Source of the DNA: Octopus sinensis
Taxonomy: Eukaryota
Reading direction: 5' to 3'
Assembly (NCBI RefSeq): GCF_006345805.1
Contig: NW_021825469.1
Span: 1-15,489, forward strand
Length of the DNA: 15,489 nucleotides
Under the pieces are notes generated by a model. The model was not told the origin of the DNA. It did not search any database and saw nothing but the letters and a program-made list of their open reading frames with translations. Shown piece after piece: positions 9,272 through 15,489 of the stretch (position 1 is its first letter; every line of letters begins with the position of its first letter). A program made the position numbers and the translations under genes.

Positions 9272-9531
9272 ACACGTGTTATTTGTCTCTAAATTATATG
9301 TTATGTTATGGCACGGTTACTGACGAGAATTTCGCCTAGCAAATTATTTTATTTGCTAAAAGAATTCGAAATCTAGGTATAACCGTAAAAAAATAACAAG
9401 GTAAAAGTTTTCATTTTTCATTCCCTTCGAAATTGCTCTTATATGTGGTTTTAGTCGTTTCGACTACTTCTTCTAGCGTGTAAAATTACCTGTTAAAGGT
9501 AGTTTCTCGTGTGTTTAAATGTACACTATTT
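9271..9531 (+). mobile_element. Putative non-autonomous HHR-bearing short retroelement (mini-PLE / retrozyme-like)
   Basis: This 261-bp unique, non-coding segment is bounded by TA tracts on both sides and contains a complete HHR. Mobility is inferred, not shown. Confidence 0.5.
9313..9386 (+). ncRNA. Type I hammerhead ribozyme (HHR-2)
   Basis: Stem I is a perfect 7 bp (ACGGUUA 9313-9319 / UAACCGU 9380-9386) and the core CUGACGA lies at 9320-9326. Stem II is GAAUU/AAUUC plus UAGCAAAU/AUUUGCUA, and GAAA lies at 9368-9371. Stem III is A-U, U.G with a CUAG loop. The GUA triplet predicts cleavage after 9379. Confidence 0.88.
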
Positions 9532-9536
9532 TATAC

Positions 9537-9593
<57 letters not shown>

Positions 9594-9690
9594 GAGAGGG
9601 AGAGAGAGAAAGAGAGAGAGAGAAAGAGAAAGAGAAAGAGAGAGAAGAGAGAGAAAGAGAGAGAGAGAGAAAGAGAGAGAGAATATATAT
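9532..9690. repeat. (TA)n followed by a (GA)n/GAAA purine tract
   Basis: Pure (TA)13 at 9545-9570, a purine-only run at 9571-9683, then a short TA run. Confidence 0.95.
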
Positions 9691-9693
9691 GTA

Positions 9694-9906
9694 CTTGGTG
9701 ATGTTTAAATTTTCTTGGCTTTTAGGGTATCACGAAAAGGCTGGCTGGAGTCCCAACCTTTCAAGTTCTTTTACAGAGCTTAGAAAAACAGAAGGACCGC
9801 TACAATAGGAGAGTGACTGTGAGAGGAGAACATTTTAAATAAAATCATAATTAACTGATCGTCCTGTATATTCTTTTACCCGAACCCAGGAACTTTTCAG
9901 CACCCT
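9694..9906 (+). mobile_element. Second, more degraded mariner-derived MITE
   Basis: It is colinear with 6403-6624 (caagttcttttaca, gaaggaccgc, aaaatcataatt, ccaggaacttttcagcaccc). The left TIR is degenerate. Confidence 0.78.
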
Positions 9907-10534
9907 TAATCATTGAGATGCAAATGAAGGTTGCAATGCTTACATAATATCTGATGTATAATATACACTTTCCTCTCCGCCAAAAAAAAACGTTTCGAAT
10001 AATCGCCTCGGGTCCTATATGAGAAGTTGGGCCTTCCATAAACCCTAATGCACTAAAAGCTTCTTCCCCTGAATATGTGCTGCTGAAAATGAGGCGTGTC
10101 TATTATGCCCCGTGCGTCTTTTATGCCATTAAATACTGTCCTAGTGTCTGGTTATATGTACCCTATTCACCTTATACCCTAAAATGTCTAGCGAAATGCT
10201 AAACTCTATATTTTCTTTGACTATCGATATATATATATATTTGTAAGAAACCTTCCTGTTGTGGAATCTCTTCTTGCGATCTAGGAATGGTTAAACACAC
10301 GTGATTAACACTCTCTAGAAGTTTTCTTTTTTCCCTTTCAGTCGCTACTTTTCAGCTCTGTAAAATCTCATGTGCCTTGCCACAGTTAATCATTTACATA
10401 AGATTCAAGTAAGACTCGGATTATTTAAATCTGATACTTTTTATAGGTTTAGCTCATAATTATCGTGTATCCATCATTACCAATCCGATGCAGTTTATAT
10501 TTCTTTATTCTGTTGTATCATTCGGTAATACTGA

Positions 10535-10690
10535 TTTCAAATTTTGGTCCAGAGCCAGCAATTTTGAGGTGGTGGTGGTAGTGGTGGGGAGTCAATTACA
10601 TCGGCCCTAGTATTCATCTGGTGCTTATTTTATCAACCTGGAAAGGATGAAAGGCAAAGCCGACCTCGGCGTAATTTGAACTCAGAACGT
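10535..10690 (-). mobile_element. SINE family A, old headless copy with type-2-like tail
   Basis: It contains gaaaggatgaaaggcaaagccgacctcggcgtaatttgaactcagaacgt. Confidence 0.8.
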
Positions 10691-10759
10691 CGATGATTTG
10701 GAAGTAAAATAGAATTCAAAGTAAAATTTCGAAAAATAATGGTAATTATTGAATAATAT

Positions 10760-10987
10760 ATTTCTTTACTACCCGCAAGGAGCTAAACACAGAGGGGACA
10801 AACAAGGACAGACAAAGGGATTAAGTCGATTACATCGACCCCAGTGCGTAACTGGTACTTAATTTATCGACCCCGAAAGGATGAAAGGCAAAGTCGACCT
10901 CGGCGGAATTTGAACTTGGAACGTAACGACAGACGAAATACGGCTCTGCATTTCGCCCGGCGTGCTAACGTTTCTGCCAGCTCGCCG
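10760..10987 (-). mobile_element. SINE family A, full-length monomer with type-1 tail
   Basis: The minus strand starts cggcgagctggcagaaacgttagc (A-box-like) and contains gttcaaattcc (B-box-like). The body is near-identical to 3671-3903. Confidence 0.93.
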
Positions 10988-11152
10988 AAAGAGTCGGCAG
11001 GTTTCTTAATGACGAGAAAATATGAGGGTAAATAAGAATGTGTGTTCGGTGAGTTTATGTTGTTAAAATGTACTTTGAATATCGGAAGTCAAGATGCTGT
11101 CATTGAATTAGGGGAAACATAAAGGACGCGTACACGGAAATGTAAGTGAAAT

Positions 11153-11166
11153 GAGAGAGAGAGAGT

Positions 11167-11245
<79 letters not shown>

Positions 11246-11495
11246 TTGTTGATGATGATGATGATGATGATAATGATGGTGATGTTGATGATGATGATGT
11301 TGATGATGATGATGATGATGATGATGATGTTGATGATGATGATGATGTTGATGATGATGATGTTGATGATGATGATGTTGATGATGATGATGTTGTTGAT
11401 GATGATGATGTTGATGATGATGATGATGATGATGTTGATGATGATGATGACGATGATGTTGATGATGATGATGTTGATGATGATGATGATGATGT

Positions 11496-11549
<54 letters not shown>

Positions 11550-11590
11550 CGACGACGACGATGATGACAACGATGATGATGATGATAATG
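11153..11590 (+). repeat. (GA)n followed by ~390 bp of (GAT)n interrupted by GTT/GAC
   Basis: Read directly from the sequence. It generates the poly-M and poly-S pseudo-ORFs. Confidence 0.97.
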
Positions 11591-11596
11591 AAAAAT

Positions 11597-11833
11597 AGTT
11601 TGAAGAGCTAATAAGAAGGGACGTAACTAATGTAGTACGTAGACTTGTAAATATCGAATGAAATCGTCTGGTTTTGATGATTTACGTTCATTTACTTACT
11701 CTGTTATATTTGCATGACTATGTGTAAAAAGTCAGGCAATACAAAGTATATCTTCGTTATTCTCGCTTTTACATCTTTCACTTCATAATAAAGCTTATAT
11801 TAGTTATGTCCCTTCTCATTACCTCTTCAAACT
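11597..11833. repeat. 35-bp inverted repeat pair with a 167-bp spacer (possible MITE)
   Basis: 11597-11631 matches the reverse complement of 11799-11833 at 32 of 35 positions. Confidence 0.8.
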
Positions 11834-12369
11834 GTTCATCGCTTCTTTTATTTCTCAAATCGCTCGCATTTCCGTGCATTTATCTTCTATGTTTCTCCTA
11901 ATTCGACTTGAATGTCTGACTTCCTCAATTTAAAATAACATTTTAATTGCATTAATTTGCCGAACACACTCACATACATATATATATCCTCATATGTTCT
12001 TCTCACAACACACAAGATCTTTACCTATTATCACTCTATAATATCATTAAGAAACCTACCTATTACTTTTTTTTATTCAATAATTACCATTATTTTTTCG
12101 TGGTGTTTCTCTTAATCTTTTCATTCAATTCGTTCGCGTAAGCTTCGCTAATTTGATAACATTCATTCCTGCGACTTTTACAGTTTCACAAACTCAACAT
12201 AACTTTAAATCCCTGACAATTTTAAACTGTTACAATTTAATTTAATTATAAATTCACTCACACCTTTTTTTTTATCGTCAGTCTAAAAGTTCATTTTTTT
12301 CTCTATCAACCCAACCATTAACGACGTACGTATATCTGAACATCTAAAAATACTTTTAAATCATTTACA

Positions 12370-13055
12370 GGCACTGGCATGGCTGTGTGGTTAGAAGCTT
12401 GCTTCCCAACTACACGGTTCCGAGTTCAATCCCACTGCGTGGCATCTTGGACAAGTACCTTCTACTATAACCTCGCTCCGACCAAAGCTTTGTGAGTGGG
12501 TTTGGTAGACGGAAACTGAAAGAAGCCCGTCGTATATATATATACATATATATATATATTTCTTTACTATCCACAAGGGGCTAAACATAGAGGGGACAGA
12601 CAAAGACAGACAAAGGGATTAAGTCGATTACATCGACTCCAGTGCGTAACTAGTACTTAATTTATCGACCTCGAAAGGATGAAAAGCAAAGTCGACCTCG
12701 GCGGAATTTGAACTCACAACGTAACGGCAGACGAAATGATAAGCATTTCGCCCGACGTGCTAACGATTCTGCCAGCTCGTATGTGTGTGTGTGTGTGTGC
12801 GTGCGTGCGGGTGTGGGCGCGCACGTGTGTGTGTATGTCTGTCACCTACCACAGCTTGACAACCGGTGCTGGTGTGTTTACGTCCCCATAACTTTGAGGT
12901 TCTGCAAAAGTGACAGATAGAATAAGTACCAGGCTTTAAAAAAAATTAAGTACTGGGGGATAAGGGGGTTGATTCGTACGACTAAAAAAGAAATTTTCCA
13001 AGGCGGTACTCCAGCATGGCCGCAGTCTAATGACTTGAGACGAGTAAAAGATAAA
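12370..13055 (+). mobile_element. SINE family B interrupted by a family A insertion
   Basis: The 5' half (12370-12557) ends in (TA)n. The 3' half resumes at 12780 with (TG)n and runs to ctccagcatggccgcagtctaatgact...taaaagataa. Confidence 0.9.
12558..12779 (-). mobile_element. SINE family A, full-length, nested in the family B microsatellite
   Basis: It matches 10760-10987 from end to end. Confidence 0.93.
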
Positions 13056-13784
13056 CGACGAAATATTATCTAAACGTACGCCGAGAAAAGTCAACAACGT
13101 CACCGTTTTCTTTTACCTTAGCTTCTATTAAAAATATCGTTGACAACTTTTCCCGCCTTCGAAGGGTAATAATACCCAATTTCTCTGCTGATACTGCGTT
13201 CCAAATACCTCTTTCTTTTCTATATCGTCTGAGACACATTCGAAGCTTCTAAAAAAAAACCTAGAAAAACAAAAACAAATGTCAGTTTGTTTATATATAC
13301 ACATGGTAGTAACATATTTCAAAATGTTATTTGTTGTCAGCGGTCAGCTCAACCGTTTTAGTTGTTTAACGATATCTGTCAAGAAACGTATCCAACATTG
13401 ATTTGTAAATTTGGATTGATTCATATGACGTGCTCCATGACGAAAGGGTTTCACTGAAACATCACGCTTCACAAAATAAACAAATAAAAACTTATTTTCT
13501 TCCCACGAAAAACCTCAACACGAAATTAACCACGTCTTTCAACGGCATATGAACTTTAAATCCATATTTACCAATTCCACAAAAGAATTTCTTCTGATAC
13601 ACACTGTTCCCTTAGTTTTTTTTTCCTGGGTTTTTTTTTCCTGAATCTGTTTCTTTATTTATTTGAAACCATTTATAAAGCATCGTTGCCAAGTTGACGT
13701 TTGTTATATGATTGTTTCTTCTTATTAAACACGAGAAGAAGACTTTTATGACTAAATCCGATTCATTCCAGAGAGAGAAAAAAA

Positions 13785-14209
13785 TCTATATATATAAAGC
13801 TGAAGTTGTCTCTGTGTGTCAGGTTTGGTAGCCTTCAACTAACACTATCTTCTCCGAGACCCTGCGGCGAGACCCTGCGGCGAGACCCTGCGGTGAGACC
13901 CTGCGGCGAGACCCTGCGGCGAGACCCTGCGGCGAGACCCTGCGGCGAGACCCTGCGGCGCAAGTTGACCAAAATTGAGAGTATGTTAAGACCAAAAAAT
14001 ATTTACATCAAAAAGGTGCTTTTTTCTATGAAAATCCCTAATTTTTACGATTTTTTAACTGCTGTATCGCCATTTTTCGGTGTATTTCAACCATAAAAAT
14101 GTTCAATTAAAGAGAATAACAAGCTACATAATGCAAAATATTTACTTTTCAAAAATTCCAATTCTAAAGGGTCGAAACAAATCCGAGCAACGCTGGGCGA
14201 TACTGCTAG
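13785..14209 (+). mobile_element. Non-autonomous Helitron (425 bp)
   Basis: It begins A|TCTATATATATAAAG and ends CTAG|T. A subterminal hairpin ccgagc-aac-gctggg (14183-14197) ends 8 nt before CTAG, and there is no TSD. All of these are canonical Helitron hallmarks. Confidence 0.82.
13856..13959 (+). repeat. GC-rich minisatellite, 8 x 13 bp (GAGACCCTGCGGC)
   Basis: There are eight units and only one substitution (C>T at 13894). Confidence 0.97.
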
Positions 14210-14231
14210 TCAGCTATAAAATGAGAAGGGA

Positions 14232-14372
14232 AGGATCGATCCTATTACAACCCTTGCATTTTATATAGCGACTCTGAAAGGATAAAATACAAGAGTTGTT
14301 CCCGATGGGGTTTCAACTCAGAGCTGAAACGAATACCTCAGAGTATTCTATCCGGTGCTCTAACGATTCTTC
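14232..14372 (-). mobile_element. Highly diverged family A-like SINE
   Basis: The blocks gatcgatcc, gcgactctgaaaggataaaa, tttcaactcagagc and tccggtgctctaacgattct are colinear with family A. Confidence 0.6.
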
Positions 14373-14510
14373 GAACATTCAAACTGCAGTGTTTTTTTTT
14401 AATTTTAGTAGAGGAGAAGAACTGTGGTTTAACCGAACAGTTAACGTGTCGGAAAATTTCCTTCTGGTATTCGTTCCTGCTTTTTGTGTTCTAAGTTCAT
14501 ACACTGCCAT

Positions 14511-14644
14511 GGTCAACTTTGCTTTTCTTTTTTTTTTGGGTGGGGGGTCGATAAAATAAAGTACCAATCTAGTGCCTGTGTGATGTAATCGATAAACTCC
14601 TCTCCCTCGAAATTGCTGGTCACGTGTCTAAATCAGAAGCTATT
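14511..14644 (+). mobile_element. Diverged family A fragment with type-2-like tail
   Basis: It reads ggtcaactttgctttt...ggggtcgataaaataaagtacca...gatgtaatcga...ccctcgaaattgctgg. Confidence 0.65.
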
Positions 14645-14674
14645 TCATCTTGACACTGATCGCCCCTAGGCCTT

Positions 14675-14729
14675 CCTTAATTAACTCTTTAATTAACTCC
14701 TTAATTAAAGCCCTCCTTAATTAACTCTT
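14675..14729. repeat. Four TTAATTAA palindromes in a ~12-bp tandem repeat
   Basis: They start at 14677, 14689, 14701 and 14717. Confidence 0.9.
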
Positions 14730-15054
14730 CGCCTGTCCAAAGCATTTCCATAACTTTGTCCTTAACATCCGCGCTTGTTTTTAGAATTTTGGTATTCCCC
14801 TTGTTTCATACGTTCTGATTAATATAAAGCTTGTCTTTCATAAGTTCCCAGTTATTCTAGTGTTCGAAAAACAAAAAGGGGAATGTGTGTTGTATATGAT
14901 TCTTGGACGCCACGGAAGTGTCTTGTATATTGCATATGATACACAACACGGGCAAATGGTTAAGCTATGTCCGAAAAGACGGAATTGCCACGGCTAAAAG
15001 TCTTTTACCATACGTCTGCTCGATCAGGTGTGAGAGCTAAACAGCAACGACAGT

Positions 15055-15432
15055 GGAGGCGCAATGGCCCAGTGGTTAGGGGAGAGGACTCGCAGTCGGA
15101 GGATCGCGGTTTCGATTCTCAGACCGGGCGATGTGTGTGTTTATTGAGCGTAAACACCTAAAGCTCCACGAGGCAGGTGGGGGTGGCGACTGCTGTTGTA
15201 CTCTTTCGCTCCAACTTTCTCTCACTCTTTCTTCCTGTTTCTTGTCCCCGACTTCCTACGCAACCGCTGAGCCTGGATGCGCATTCATCCATCCGTCGAT
15301 GCTCTCGGTGTCGGAGGTTGACCTGCTTTCTCTTCTGCGGGTCTTACGAATAGCAAAGGACATACGTTTCGGACTTCTCCCATCTTGCGAGCTCTGGGAC
15401 GAAGACCGTTCGCTCAACAGCAACAGCAACAT

Positions 15433-15460
<28 letters not shown>
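15055..15460 (+). mobile_element. SINE family C, apparently full-length with (CAA)n tail
   Basis: It has a tRNA-like head (tggcccagtggttagg; ggtttcgattctc) matching 2026-2187 and a (caa)n tail from ~15415. A candidate TSD pairs 15040-15054 with 15461-15474. Confidence 0.85.
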
Positions 15461-15464
<4 letters not shown>

Positions 15465-15489
15465 GCAACACGGTCATATGAATATTGAA

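Noticed and set aside
9268-9282. Palindrome ataacacgtgttat sharing ACACGTGT with HHR-1 stem III
   Set aside because: The 8-bp match has no HHR core around it and is compatible with chance in TA-rich sequence.
11100-11611. Poly-Ser and poly-Met ORFs (156 and 148 aa), plus a poly-Asp frame
   Set aside because: They are direct readouts of (GAT)n, with no flanking coding context.
13856-13959. CRISPR-like or cloning-artefact array (each unit contains a BsaI site, GAGACC)
   Set aside because: It has no spacers, lies in a eukaryotic context, and sits inside an element with natural Helitron termini.
15131-15481. ORFs of 116 and 73 aa
   Set aside because: They lie entirely within the family C SINE and its (CAA)n tail.

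Overview
This is AT-rich, repeat-dominated eukaryotic DNA. The SINE families look like those of octopus genomes, but that is recognition from memory, not a search. I cannot support any host protein-coding gene. The long ORFs at 4104-5111, 9511-9708, 11100-11611 and 13806-14096 are repeat artefacts. The core of the window is a 5'-truncated, frameshifted Penelope-like retroelement (PLE, Naiad-type) on the minus strand at 6662-9178. It carries the RT YRDD motif, the thumb region, a C-terminal GIY-YIG endonuclease and a ~0.9 kb 3' region containing a type I hammerhead ribozyme (HHR). Both of its ends abut (TA)n tracts. Directly beyond it lies a separate ~260-bp non-coding unit (9271-9531), also bounded by (TA)n. 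This unit carries a second, sequence-unrelated and well-formed HHR on the plus strand. Two mariner-derived MITEs bracket this whole block. The rest of the window holds three tRNA-derived SINE families, including multimers with a recurrent exact junction and one nested insertion. There is also a 425-bp non-autonomous Helitron with an internal 13-bp minisatellite, a 35-bp inverted repeat, long microsatellites and one TE-free CpG-rich island.
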